Shown: positions 8,895-19,057, counted from the first letter of the stretch. The stretch is 64,000 bases of DNA from Hyalangium minutum (GCF_000737315.1 NZ_JMCB01000022.1:157106-221105); one strand, 5' to 3'. The notes: generated by a model not told the origin, from the letters alone. Made by a program: numbers and translations.

Positions 8895-9806
8895 ATGCGC
8901 CTGCGACTCTCCCAACGCCTCGCCCGCCGCTCCGCGAGCCCCGGGCCTTTCTCCCAGCGGCGCAACCGCCTGGCCCTGGCACGGAACGAGGTGGTGGCAC
9001 GCGGCGTGGAGGATCCACTGCGGCCGGACATGCGGCTGCGCTGGCGAGACCACTTCGCGCTCAACGAGTACGAGCTGCACGTGCCCGGGCTGCACCCGAA
9101 GCACGACGGCCTGCGCGTGGCACAGCTGTCGGACATTCACGTGGGGCAGGCCACCTCGGACGTGCGCATCCGCCGCGCGGTGATGGCGGTGAACGCGTCG
9201 TCGCCGGACCTGGTGTTCCTCACGGGCGACTACGTGACGCACAGCCCGAAGCCGCTGCCGCGGGTGCGCGAGCTGCTGGCGGGGCTGCAGGGCCCCGTCT
9301 TCGTGGTGATGGGCAACCATGACCACTGGGTGAACGCGCCCTACCTGCGCGAGGGCTTCGAGCGGATGGGCTACACGGTGCTGCAGAACGAGCACCGGGT
9401 GGTGGAGGTGCGCGGCGCTCCGGCGGCGGTGCTCGGCGTGGACGATGGGCGCACCGGGCGCGACGACGTGGCGGCCACCTTCCGGGGCGCTCCCACCTCG
9501 GGCACGCGGCTGGTGCTGGCGCACACGCCTCCCACGGTGGAGAAGCTGCCGCCGCACCAGGGCCTGGTGCAGTTCTCCGGGCACACGCACGGCGGCCAGT
9601 TCTGGGTGGGCGGCCTCACCGAGGCCCTCTTCCGCCGCGCGGGCCAGCCCTACATCCGCGGGCACTACCAGGTGCAAGGCAACCAGCTCTATGTGAACCA
9701 GGGGCTCGGCTTCGGCTTTGGCGGTCCCTACCTCCGGCGCGGCACCGAGCCGGAGGTGGCCTTCTTCACCCTGCGCGCCGCGGCCACCGTCCACGCGGTG
9801 GGCTAG
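8895..9806 (+). CDS. Metallophosphoesterase (YkuE-like calcineurin-like family)
   Basis: SDIH, GD, GNHD, LAH and GHTHGGQ motifs. Confidence 0.92.
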   Translation: MRLRLSQRLARRSASPGPFSQRRNRLALARNEVVARGVEDPLRPDMRLRWRDHFALNEYELHVPGLHPKHDGLRVAQLSDIHVGQATSDVRIRRAVMAVNASSPDLVFLTGDYVTHSPKPLPRVRELLAGLQGPVFVVMGNHDHWVNAPYLREGFERMGYTVLQNEHRVVEVRGAPAAVLGVDDGRTGRDDVAATFRGAPTSGTRLVLAHTPPTVEKLPPHQGLVQFSGHTHGGQFWVGGLTEALFRRAGQPYIRGHYQVQGNQLYVNQGLGFGFGGPYLRRGTEPEVAFFTLRAAATVHAVG

Positions 9807-9825
9807 GCGCGGCGAGGCCCACGGC

Positions 9826-11001
9826 TCACTCCGCGTGGGCCTTGAACGGCTCCGGAATCGGGCTGTCCTCCCCGGCCTCGCGTGAGTCTCTTGGCAGGAG
9901 CACGGTGAAGGTGGTGCCCTCCCCCTCCAAGGAGTGCACCGTCACCTGCCCGCCATGGGCCCGGATGATCTCCTGGACAATGTAGAGCCCCAGGCCCAAC
10001 CCGCTGCGGCGCATCCTCGAAGCCGCGTCCCGGGTGCAGTGGAAGGGCTCGAAGAGCGTGGCGAGCCGCTCCGCGGGGATGGGGGTTCCCGGGTTGTGGA
10101 CCTCCAGCGCCACCAGCTCCCCGCGCAGGCAGGCCCGGACGGACACCGGCACCTCCTCGCCCCCGTGCTCCAGCGCGTTGGCCACCAGGTTGCTCACCAC
10201 CTGCGCCAGCCGATCCGCATCCCACACGCCCACCACCGGTTGCTCCTCCTCATAGAAGAGGCGCCGGTCCGGATACGCCGCCTCCAGTTCCTCTAGCACC
10301 CGCCGGCAGATGGCGGACAGGCTCGCGGGCTCCAGAGACACGGGGAAGCCGCCCGAGCTTCTCGCCCGGGTGAGATCCAGGAGATCCGAGATCATCTTCG
10401 ACATGCGGTCCGCGCTCGCCAGGATGCGCAGGCGCATCCCCTGCTGCGTGGAGGTGAGCGAGCCGTAGCGCGTCAGCGCCCTCGCGGAGAGGATGATGGC
10501 GTTGAGAGGGTTGCGCAGGTCATGCCCCAGGATGCCCATGAAGCGCTCGCGGCTCTCGGCCTCCGCCTCCATGCGCTCCCCACGGCCCTGCGTCAGCGCC
10601 AGCGCCTCCCAGGCCCGGCACTCCTCCAGCCGCGCCTCCGTCACGTCCCGGATCCAGAGCGCGAACCCATCCCCATGCCGCACCGCCATGGCGAGCCACC
10701 AGCGCTCCTGCGCGCCGAGCGGGCAGCACAGCTCGGTGATGTACGGCTCGCCCGTCTCGACCACCCTCGTGCAAGCCGCGCGCTCCAGGCCGCTCGCCAG
10801 GGCCTGTGCCCATCGGGCCGCTCCTCCCTCATGGGCCGCCGCGCGGGTCTGGGCCTCGGCGGCCGGGTTCCCCCCGGCATAATGAAAGTGGAGCACCTGT
10901 CCTGCCTCGTCACGCGAAGCCTCGAAGAGGAGACACGGCGAAGGACCTTCGGTGTGGACACTCCTCACGTGAGAACGCCCACGAACAGAAGACATCAGCA
11001 T
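9826..11001 (-). CDS. Sensor histidine kinase with degenerate PAS-like input (start uncertain)
   Basis: GHDLRNPL HisKA, NLVANALEH, GLGLGLYIV. Confidence 0.88.
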   Translation of the reverse strand: MLMSSVRGRSHVRSVHTEGPSPCLLFEASRDEAGQVLHFHYAGGNPAAEAQTRAAAHEGGAARWAQALASGLERAACTRVVETGEPYITELCCPLGAQERWWLAMAVRHGDGFALWIRDVTEARLEECRAWEALALTQGRGERMEAEAESRERFMGILGHDLRNPLNAIILSARALTRYGSLTSTQQGMRLRILASADRMSKMISDLLDLTRARSSGGFPVSLEPASLSAICRRVLEELEAAYPDRRLFYEEEQPVVGVWDADRLAQVVSNLVANALEHGGEEVPVSVRACLRGELVALEVHNPGTPIPAERLATLFEPFHCTRDAASRMRRSGLGLGLYIVQEIIRAHGGQVTVHSLEGEGTTFTVLLPRDSREAGEDSPIPEPFKAHAE

Positions 11002-11175
11002 GAAGAACTCCCCCCATGCACCGCGCCCAAATCAGGAGGCCTGACAGAGAGGGAGGGGCGGTGCGATGGGGGCAGCCTGCCACCGCCCCCGTACGACGCG
11101 ATCGCACCCAGGTTCAAGCCCCTCGGTGCTGTGCGGCGGGTAACACTCTTTCCTCCCCAAGACAGGGGAGACGAA

Positions 11176-13980
11176 TCAGTAGCGGCCCTTCAGCCCCATG
11201 ATGGGCAACACCACGGGTATCCCGATGGGCTTCTTCTCCAGTGACGCGCCAGGGAATCCCCCGCTGATGTAGTCGTAGCCCACCACCTCCTTGCTGATCG
11301 TCACGTTCAGCATGTCGAGGTACGCCTCGAGCGCGAACGTCTCGAAGGCCCACGCCTTCGCCAGCCGCACGTCGAAGCGGAAGAAGGCGGGGAGCCGGCT
11401 GACCTGGTCGCGGTCCACGGGAACCCAGCCAGGCACCTCTCTGCAGTTGTTGGGGCCTTCCGGAATGCACTGGATGCCCTCGCGCTGGGTCTGGCCTCCC
11501 AGCCCCGCCTCGGGACGACCGGTGTTGAAGTGCAGCACTCCGCCCAGCGTGATGTTGTTGGCGAACTTGTAGCTGACGACCAGGTTCAGGATGTGCGTCT
11601 GGTCGAACACGAAGGGCAGGTTCTTCGCGTCTTTACCGATGTCCTCGCCGTAGTCGTTGTAGCGCACGAAGCGCGTATAGCGCGTGCTGCGCTGCAGCGA
11701 GTACGAGAGCCAGCCGAACCAGTTGCCTCCCAGCGGGCGGCGGATCAGCACCTCCATGCCGTAGGCCATGCCGTGGCTGGAAAAATCGGGCAGGTCCGAG
11801 CCTACGTCCCCATCGTCATCGCCATCGCCGAGCGTCTCGTCCGCGAACGGCGTCAGCTCCACCGTGCGCAGCATGGGGTTGATGTAGAAGTCCACCCCGA
11901 CGTCGAAGTTTCTCGGGGCCTTCCACTCCGCGCCCACCGAGAACTGCAGCGCCTCTTGCAGCCCCTGTTCGAGCCCCGCGACGTCCACCACCGGGATGCT
12001 GATGAGCGTGGTGGGTGCCTGGTGGAAGAGCCCCGCGCCAGCCTTCAGCGTCAGGTCCTCGCGCAGCGTGTAGCGCGCGGTGAGCCGCGGCTCGATGGCC
12101 ACGTGGTTGAAGCCCCCGGACAGGTGGTAGTTGTCCAGGCGCAGGCCGGGCACCACGGTCCACCGCTCGGAGGGCTGCCACAGCAGCTCGGCCCACGCCC
12201 CCGTGAAGACACCCACGGCCCGCGGCAGATTGAGGTCCACATCCTCGTCGTCGAGCGGATCCTCCGTGGTGCGGAGCGTGATCTGGGCAAGCCGGCGGTC
12301 CAGGTCCGCTCCCCCGCGCAAGGCCAGCCTCTCGGTGAGCGGCGTCTCGTAGCCCGCGCGCACCGCCAGGGTTCCCTGCTCGATGCGGAACTCGTCGTCG
12401 TCGCTCTGGCTGTTGCTGACCACCGACAGCCGGTCCACGCCCCACGTCACCCCCGTCTCCAACTCGCCACGCCCCAGCGGCCGACGGTCCCGGAGATCCA
12501 CCCGGTGGAAGAGGATGGTCTGCAGCGTGGTGGAGCCGAACGCGTCCTGCGCCCTCGTCCCAAACGTGTCCGAGGAGCCGAACGCGAACAGGCGCAGCTT
12601 GCCGCCGCTCAGGTCCTGCTCCACGCGCGCCTGGTAGTCCCAGAAGTCCAGGACGATCTTGTCGTTCTTCCGTCCCGGCGGCGGCGGCTCCTGGAACGCG
12701 TTGGCCGCCAGCGCGATGATCCACGGCGTATAGGAGTAGCGCCCCGCGATGGAGACGTTGGTGCCCGTGGACTTGAACGGGTACTCGACGAAGACGCCCG
12801 CGTTGATGAGGTCCGCGTAGGCGCTGCCGTGCACCCGGTCCTCCTTCGGGCGGCTCAGCCGGCCGTCGATGGCCCCGCCCATCAGCCGCCCGTACTTGGG
12901 CGGCGGCGTGCCCGGGTAGAAGTCGATCGTGTCGATGAAGTCCGGGTGGAGCACCGCCGGCCCCAGGAAGAGATGGAAGAGGATGGGCACGCGGATGCCA
13001 TCCAGGTAGTAGCCCGTGGAGGACGGCTGGCTGCCGCGCACCACTGGGTACGCCACCCCGGACACCATGCTGCCCACCCCAGGCAGCAGCATCACCACGC
13101 GGAACGGATCGCCCATGGTGCCAGGCACCTCGCGCAGCTCCGCCTCGTGCAGCGTGACGCGCGACACCTCCGTGCGCTCGCGGTCTCCGCGCACCACCGT
13201 CTCGTACGGGTTGATGACCAGCGGCTCCAGCCCGTACACCACCTCGAGCGTCTCGCTGGGGCGGAGGTTCTCGATGAAGGTGCTCGGCTTGTGCCCCGGC
13301 GAAGTCACCCGCACCCGCTGCGCGGATGAGGGCCACCGGGCCTCGAAGCGCCCCTCCGCGTCCGTCTCCACCGGCATGTCCGGCGCGGCGTCCGACAGCA
13401 GCACCGCTCCCGGCAAGGGCCGGCGGTTGCCCTTCTCCCGCACCAAGCCCTTCAGCGTCACGGGACGGGGCGCTGGCGCCGTGCCTCCATCGGTGCTCTC
13501 GGCGACCTCGGACGGCGCCTCGAAGCGGTACTCGAAGCCAATCCGCACGGGCACCGGCTGGCCATCCAGTGTGGCCGGGTTGAAGCGCAGGCCCGTGGCG
13601 GCGTGCAGCGCGGCGTCATCCAGCAGCGGGTGCACCCCCGCCACCAGCGTGGCGCTCTCCACCTCGCCCGCCTCGTCCACCAAGAGTTCCAGGCGCACCG
13701 AGCCCGTCACCCGCTCCGCGACAAGCTGCGGCGGATAGGTGGCCGGTGAGTCCGCCCGCAGCGTGGGCGCCAGGAAGACTGGCTGCGCCACCCCCGCATC
13801 CTCCGCGCCCCCCGTCTCCACGGCAAAGCCAGCGTCCGTCCGGGAGACACCCACCTCCGTGGGCACGCCCGCATCCGGGGTCCCCGCGTCGGCTGGCCCC
13901 TTCCGGGCGCCCCACGCCGGCAGCGCCACCAGTGCCAGGCCCAGCGCCAGCCCTACCTGCCAGGCTCCCCTCTTCGCCAT
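11176..13980 (-). CDS. TonB-dependent receptor with N-terminal TonB C-terminal-like domain
   Basis: Signal peptide from MAKRG; TonB_C-like YPPQLVAERVTGSVRLELLVDEAG...FNPA; carboxypeptidase-regulatory-like segment; plug GDPFRVVMLLPGV; beta-barrel ending in an aromatic residue (GLKGRY). Confidence 0.88.
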   Translation of the reverse strand: MAKRGAWQVGLALGLALVALPAWGARKGPADAGTPDAGVPTEVGVSRTDAGFAVETGGAEDAGVAQPVFLAPTLRADSPATYPPQLVAERVTGSVRLELLVDEAGEVESATLVAGVHPLLDDAALHAATGLRFNPATLDGQPVPVRIGFEYRFEAPSEVAESTDGGTAPAPRPVTLKGLVREKGNRRPLPGAVLLSDAAPDMPVETDAEGRFEARWPSSAQRVRVTSPGHKPSTFIENLRPSETLEVVYGLEPLVINPYETVVRGDRERTEVSRVTLHEAELREVPGTMGDPFRVVMLLPGVGSMVSGVAYPVVRGSQPSSTGYYLDGIRVPILFHLFLGPAVLHPDFIDTIDFYPGTPPPKYGRLMGGAIDGRLSRPKEDRVHGSAYADLINAGVFVEYPFKSTGTNVSIAGRYSYTPWIIALAANAFQEPPPPGRKNDKIVLDFWDYQARVEQDLSGGKLRLFAFGSSDTFGTRAQDAFGSTTLQTILFHRVDLRDRRPLGRGELETGVTWGVDRLSVVSNSQSDDDEFRIEQGTLAVRAGYETPLTERLALRGGADLDRRLAQITLRTTEDPLDDEDVDLNLPRAVGVFTGAWAELLWQPSERWTVVPGLRLDNYHLSGGFNHVAIEPRLTARYTLREDLTLKAGAGLFHQAPTTLISIPVVDVAGLEQGLQEALQFSVGAEWKAPRNFDVGVDFYINPMLRTVELTPFADETLGDGDDDGDVGSDLPDFSSHGMAYGMEVLIRRPLGGNWFGWLSYSLQRSTRYTRFVRYNDYGEDIGKDAKNLPFVFDQTHILNLVVSYKFANNITLGGVLHFNTGRPEAGLGGQTQREGIQCIPEGPNNCREVPGWVPVDRDQVSRLPAFFRFDVRLAKAWAFETFALEAYLDMLNVTISKEVVGYDYISGGFPGASLEKKPIGIPVVLPIMGLKGRY

Positions 13981-14106
13981 GTGCCCCCGCGGCTCGCGCA
14001 TGGGCGGCATGACGCCAGGGTTTCCAAGGCGATGACAAGCCCAGACAGCACCAGAAGACGCACCCGGAGGGCGCGTCCCCAGCAACACGCCGGGTCACGA
14101 GGCGCC

Positions 14107-14472
14107 TCAGTGATCGATGATGGCGGCCGCCACCAGGTTCATCAGCTTGATCTGGGGGCGCTGCAACCGACGCAGGCTGCGCACCAGCCGCCGCATGTCC
14201 GGCGTGTTGTCCAGTTCGGACGGGACATCCTCGGCGTAGGCGGACTCGGCGTGGCGAGGGGCAATGCCCATCAGCTCGTCCGGGTTGGCCCGCAGGGCCA
14301 GAGACATCCTCAGCAGCGTCGGCACGCTGGGCAGCATCTTCCCTCGCTCCATGCGCCCATACACCTCCGGGGCCACCCCGATGCGGGCGGCGACGTCCGA
14401 CTGCGTCAGCCCCGCGCGCATCCGCGCCAGCCGCGCCGCCTCGCCGACCGTCGACGCCAACTTCTTTTCCAT
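14107..14472 (-). CDS. XRE-family helix-turn-helix regulator
   Basis: ARMRAGLTQSDVAARIGVAPEVYGRMERGKMLPSVPTLLRMSLAL; probable start MEKK at 14472 (ORF extends to 14595). Confidence 0.88.
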   Translation of the reverse strand: MEKKLASTVGEAARLARMRAGLTQSDVAARIGVAPEVYGRMERGKMLPSVPTLLRMSLALRANPDELMGIAPRHAESAYAEDVPSELDNTPDMRRLVRSLRRLQRPQIKLMNLVAAAIIDH

Positions 14473-14670
14473 CCGCCGCACTGCGGGGGGCACCGCAGAC
14501 ACTTTGTTCTTGTTGCGGCGGGCGCGTCTGCGCTCCGCCAGCGACGAACCCGTGGAACCTTTCAGGTTGGATCTCACCACACGAACCTTGCGCATGTGAC
14601 AGGCTGGACGGGAGTCACCCCACGGCGCGCTCCGCCAGCGACGGCTGTATAACCCGCCACGTCGGGAGCA

Positions 14671-14709
14671 CCTATCCCTATTTGCCAGGTCCTACCCTAT
14701 TCGGCAGGT
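14671..14709. repeat. Imperfect tandem direct repeat in the XRE/kinase divergent promoter region
   Basis: CCTATCCCTATTTGCCAGGT (14671-14690) followed by CCTACCCTATTCGGCAGGT (14691-14709). Confidence 0.6.
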
Positions 14710-14918
14710 TGGGTTGTTCGCTCCTGTGCAGCCCTAAGCCCTGGATTTTCCGATTAGACCGGCCGCCCCTGCCCTCTCATGTAGGTCCCGCCCTGGCAGG
14801 TAGGGCGACCCCCAAGCGGGCGGAGGCCCTGGGAGGTGGTGCGACCCGACCCAGGAGGTGACGGCGGCGAGAGGAGGAACCATACTCTCCAGGTCCTCCC
14901 TGCCGCAGGAGTGCCGAC

Positions 14919-16073
14919 ATGCCGTCCATGTCCCTGAAGCCGACCGGACCCGAGGTGCTACTGAGGTCCGGACGCACCTCTTATGAGTTCGTCCGTTGGC
15001 TGGGGTGGGCCCACCATGGGGAGCTGGTGCTGGCCTGCCGCCGGTTCGACGAGGCCTTCAGCGGCTTCAGCGTCATCAAGCGCCCCGTGGCTCCCGTGTC
15101 CGAAGAGGCGCGGCGGCGGCTGCTGGACGAGGGCCGGGTGGCCTCGCAGCTTCACCACCCCAACATCCTCGCGGCGCTGCAGCTCAAGGGGCCGGAGGAT
15201 GTGCCCCACCTGGTGATGGAGCACGTGACGGGGATGCGGCTGAGCGCACTGTTGGAGGCGGCTCAGCGGGCGCAGCAGCCGCTCTCGGAGGCCTCCACCT
15301 GCCACGTGGTGGCCGAGGTGGCGGACGCGCTGCACCACGCGCACTCGCTGGTGGACGAGCACGGCCGTGCGCTGGGCATCGTCCACCGCGACGTGTCCCC
15401 CCACAACATCCTGCTGGGCGAGCATGGCGAGGTGAAGCTGCTGGACTTCGGCGCGGCCTGGTCCCGGCTGTCCGGGCGCGTGAGCAGCGAGGGCCCCACC
15501 GTGCAGGGCAGCCTCGCGTATGCCGCCCCGGAGCATGCCCAGCACCTGGCGCTGGACGCGCGGGCGGACCAGTTCTCCCTGGGCATCATCCTCCTGCAGC
15601 TGCTCACCGGCCGGCACCTCTTCGAGGGCGCCGAGCGCTTCGACGCCCGCCTGCGCCGCGCCCGGGCTCCGGAGAGCGACGCCACGCGGAAGTGTGCTCA
15701 GGACCTGGCCCAGCGCATCCGCAGCTACTCCCAAGAGGATTTGGAGGCCGCCACGCGCGCCGTCCCCGAGGCCCTGCGCTCCACCGTCCTGCGGGCCCTG
15801 GCGCCGGAGCGCGCGGCGCGGTTCGCCTCGTGCGGCCACCTCGCCAAGGCGCTGCGGGAGTACCTTCGGGACACCGGGCAGTATGTGGGCCGGCACGAGG
15901 TGCTCACGGAGCTGGTGGCGCTGAGGTATGTGTCCCTGCGTGTCGAGGCGGGGGAGACGCCCGACGACGCGGTGCGCGAGCGCTCCCTGCCGGATCCAGG
16001 CCTCCGCTCGGCGCCCCGGCTCCTGGCCCATCTCCGAGCCGCGCGCTTCCGGGGCCCCCCCCGCCGCCGCTGA
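14919..16073 (+). CDS. Hanks-type Ser/Thr protein kinase, cytoplasmic
   Basis: VIKR, HPNI, HRDVSPHNILL, DFG, YAAPE, DQFSLG motifs; no TM segment. Confidence 0.93.
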   Translation: MPSMSLKPTGPEVLLRSGRTSYEFVRWLGWAHHGELVLACRRFDEAFSGFSVIKRPVAPVSEEARRRLLDEGRVASQLHHPNILAALQLKGPEDVPHLVMEHVTGMRLSALLEAAQRAQQPLSEASTCHVVAEVADALHHAHSLVDEHGRALGIVHRDVSPHNILLGEHGEVKLLDFGAAWSRLSGRVSSEGPTVQGSLAYAAPEHAQHLALDARADQFSLGIILLQLLTGRHLFEGAERFDARLRRARAPESDATRKCAQDLAQRIRSYSQEDLEAATRAVPEALRSTVLRALAPERAARFASCGHLAKALREYLRDTGQYVGRHEVLTELVALRYVSLRVEAGETPDDAVRERSLPDPGLRSAPRLLAHLRAARFRGPPRRR

Positions 16074-16180
16074 TCATCGACCAGTCAACACCACGCTGAG
16101 CAGGGAACTTCACTCGGGCCCGCCTTCGTACGAGTCTCCTGGGGGAACTCGTATTGCCTTGTCCAGGGGGTCGGTCTGCA

Positions 16181-16591
16181 ATGGCGGCGCACTTCCGTAT
16201 CCTCGTCGTGGAGGATCACAACGACAGCCGGGAGATGCTGGAGGAGTTCCTCACGGAAGAGGGCTTCACGGTCGAGACGGCGGTCAACGGGCTGCAGGCG
16301 CTGGAGCGGCTGCGGCTCGCGCCCCGGCCCGACTTGGTGCTGTTGGATTTGATGATGCCGGTGATGACGGGCTGGGACTTGATGGCGCGGGTGGCCGAGG
16401 AGCCCACGTTGTGGGGCCTGCCGGTCATCGTTGTGTCGGGCGCGGGCTCCACGCGGCCCGTCCCGCACAACGTGCTCACCTCCATCCCCAAGCCGTTGGA
16501 TCTCCACCTGCTGATGGACACCATCTCGCGCCTGCAAGACCTGCAAGACGCGCCTGCTCCCGCCTTGGCCGTGGCTGCCGCGGGCCGCTAG
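16181..16591 (+). CDS. Single-domain response regulator
   Basis: ILVVEDH, LLDLMMP, IPKP. Confidence 0.92.
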   Translation: MAAHFRILVVEDHNDSREMLEEFLTEEGFTVETAVNGLQALERLRLAPRPDLVLLDLMMPVMTGWDLMARVAEEPTLWGLPVIVVSGAGSTRPVPHNVLTSIPKPLDLHLLMDTISRLQDLQDAPAPALAVAAAGR

Positions 16592-16600
16592 CCCCGGACG

Positions 16601-19051
16601 CTACGCCGCGGGAGCGGACTGGGAGCCCGCCGCCATCCGAGGCAGCACCACGCGGAAGGTGGTCCCCTCCTCGGCGGTGGAGGACACCTCGATGTGGCCG
16701 CCGTGGCCCTTCACCACCTGCTCGACGATGTAGAGCCCCAACCCCAGCCCTCCGCCCTCGGAGGAGGCGCGGCGGAACGGATCGAACAGGTGGGGCATCG
16801 CCTCGGGGGGGATGGGGTTGCCCCCGTTGTGCACCTCGAGCACCACGCGCTCCCCGCTGTCCACGAGGTTGAAGAGCACGGGCACCTCGGACGGGCTGTA
16901 TTGGAGCGCGTTGCCGCCCAGGTTGCTCACCACCTGTGCCAGCCGGTCCGCGTCCCAGGCCCCGTCGTAGCGCCCCGGCCCCACCCGCAGGTTCAGGGTG
17001 CGCTCGGGCCAGGCCGCCTCCAGCTCCTCCACGCCCTGCCGCAGCACCGAGCGAATATCCGCCGGCGCGGGGTGGATGGGGATGCCGCCGCCCAGCCGCA
17101 GGCGGGTGAAGTCCAGCAGCTCGCCAATCATCCGCTTCATCCGGTCCACGGACTTGGCGATGCGGGCCGCGGCGCGCTGATCCCTCGCGGGGAGCGTCTC
17201 ACTGTGCAGCAGCTGGGTGACGGAGAGGTGGATGGCGTTGAGCGGGTTGCGCAGATCGTGGCTGACGATGCCGATGAGCTTCCCTCCGAACTCGGCGGCC
17301 TGGCGCGCGGCGGCCTCGGCGCGGCGCAGCGCCGTCACGTCCACGAACGCCACCACCGCCGAGGTGATATGCCCCGCCCGGTCCCGGATGGGCGCGCTGG
17401 AGTTCAAGAGGATGATGCGCTGGCCATCGGGGCGGCGGATCTCCACCTCCTCGCCCTGCACCACCTCACCGGTGAGCAGGGAGCGCGCCAGGGGCCATTC
17501 GTCCGGCTGGTAGGGCTGGCCGTCCGGGTGGAAGCCCGGGTACTCGGAGTACTCCCCCACGTGCTCGGCCTGGATGAAGGGGAGGCCGATGATGGCCTCC
17601 ACCTGCCGGTTGCCCATCACCATCCGTCCATGGGGCGCCTCGGCGAGGATGACGCCTGCCGGGAGCTGATCCAGCACCGCCGCCAGCCGCGAGCGCTCGG
17701 ACTCGATGTCCGCCAGCAGCCGCTGGCGCTCGGCCTCCGCGTTGCGGCGGTGGGTGATGTCCAGGAAGGTGGCCGCGCGCTGAACACCCTTGCCGGTCTC
17801 GTCGCGCAGGGTCGTCACGTGCGTGAGGACGGGGATGCGGCTGCCGTCCTTGCGCAGGTGGATGGCCTCGTACTCGTGGTGGGGCTTGGACTGGGCGGCA
17901 GCCACGTGCCGGACCAGCACGCCTCGCGACTCGGGGGCGACCATGTCCGCCAGCGGCCGGCCGATCAGCTCCTCGCGCGCGTAGCCGTGCATCCGCGCGA
18001 AGGCCGGGTTCACGTCCTCCAGCACGTTCGCCTCGGCGCTCGTGAGCGCCACGCCCACGCCCAGGTGGCTGAAGATCTCCTCCCACTGCTTGCGTTGCGC
18101 CTCGCTGGCGCGCAGCTGGCCCAGGGACTGCTCGACCTGCTCGCGGGCCTGCTGCGCGCTGACATGGGCCCGCGCCCGGGCAATCAGGGACGTGGCGCGC
18201 GCCGCCATGGTGCGGAACAGCAGCAGGTCCTCATCCGAGAACTCGTGGCTGGAGCGGCTGCCCATGTGCGCCACGCCGATCAGCTCCTCATCGAGGAGCA
18301 ACGGCACGACATAGGCGGCACGCAGGCCGCTCTGGCGGAGCAGCTCGCTGCGCACGCGGGGATCCTTGGCGGTGTCGCGCACGAGCACGGGCTGGCGCGT
18401 GGCGGCCACCTCGCCAGCGATCCCCTCGCCCACGCGCATGCGGAAGCCCTCCTCCAACGAGACCCCCACCGCGCTCTCCACCCGAAGTGTGTCCCCCTCC
18501 CGCAGCATGACCGCCACCGTGTCCACCACGGGTACGGTCTCCTGGAGCACCTGGAGCAGCCGGGGCAGCAGCGAGGGCAGGTCCGGGCTGCCAATGGCCG
18601 CGGCAGAGACGCGATCCAGCGCCTGGAAGGTGCGCTCTCGCGCGCGCATGTAGCGGCTGACGGCGGCACCAACGGCCTCGTCCACAGCCTCGTGGAAAAG
18701 GGTGGCGGCCTCCATCGAGTCCAGAGCACCGCCCTGAGCCTGGGCCCCCCACAGCCGCAGCACGCACTGGCGCAGCACCTGGTACTCCTTCACCACCTGC
18801 CGCAGATCGAACCCCTCGCTCTGGCGCTCCAGGGAGTGCATGTCCGGGACGAGACCCAGCGCGGCGCCGACCTCCCCGGTGCGCCCCTCTGCTACCAGGG
18901 AGGCGATGCTCTCCAGCAGCTGGGGCAGGTGGTCACGCAGCGCGAGCTGCGACAGGCGCTGGGCGGCGGGCAGCCGGCGCACCTCGGCCTCCCACTCTTG
19001 GAGAATGGTGTCGCCGTGGGTCCGGAGGAAGTTTGCCAGGGGTGAGTGCAC
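16601..19051 (-). CDS. RsbRD_N-like / GAF / PAS / PAS sensor histidine kinase
   Basis: N-terminal helical RsbRD_N-like region (ILQEWE...GFDLRQVVKEY), GAF, two PAS, SHDLRNPL, NLGGNALQY, GLGLGLY. Confidence 0.92.
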   Translation of the reverse strand: MHSPLANFLRTHGDTILQEWEAEVRRLPAAQRLSQLALRDHLPQLLESIASLVAEGRTGEVGAALGLVPDMHSLERQSEGFDLRQVVKEYQVLRQCVLRLWGAQAQGGALDSMEAATLFHEAVDEAVGAAVSRYMRARERTFQALDRVSAAAIGSPDLPSLLPRLLQVLQETVPVVDTVAVMLREGDTLRVESAVGVSLEEGFRMRVGEGIAGEVAATRQPVLVRDTAKDPRVRSELLRQSGLRAAYVVPLLLDEELIGVAHMGSRSSHEFSDEDLLLFRTMAARATSLIARARAHVSAQQAREQVEQSLGQLRASEAQRKQWEEIFSHLGVGVALTSAEANVLEDVNPAFARMHGYAREELIGRPLADMVAPESRGVLVRHVAAAQSKPHHEYEAIHLRKDGSRIPVLTHVTTLRDETGKGVQRAATFLDITHRRNAEAERQRLLADIESERSRLAAVLDQLPAGVILAEAPHGRMVMGNRQVEAIIGLPFIQAEHVGEYSEYPGFHPDGQPYQPDEWPLARSLLTGEVVQGEEVEIRRPDGQRIILLNSSAPIRDRAGHITSAVVAFVDVTALRRAEAAARQAAEFGGKLIGIVSHDLRNPLNAIHLSVTQLLHSETLPARDQRAAARIAKSVDRMKRMIGELLDFTRLRLGGGIPIHPAPADIRSVLRQGVEELEAAWPERTLNLRVGPGRYDGAWDADRLAQVVSNLGGNALQYSPSEVPVLFNLVDSGERVVLEVHNGGNPIPPEAMPHLFDPFRRASSEGGGLGLGLYIVEQVVKGHGGHIEVSSTAEEGTTFRVVLPRMAAGSQSAPAA

Positions 19052-19057
19052 GCGGGT

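Noticed and set aside
16694-19045. 783-aa plus-strand ORF opposite the histidine kinase
   Set aside because: Antisense shadow of a well-supported gene. The same applies to 52679-54724, 58124-60922, 30221-32443 and 23196-25013.
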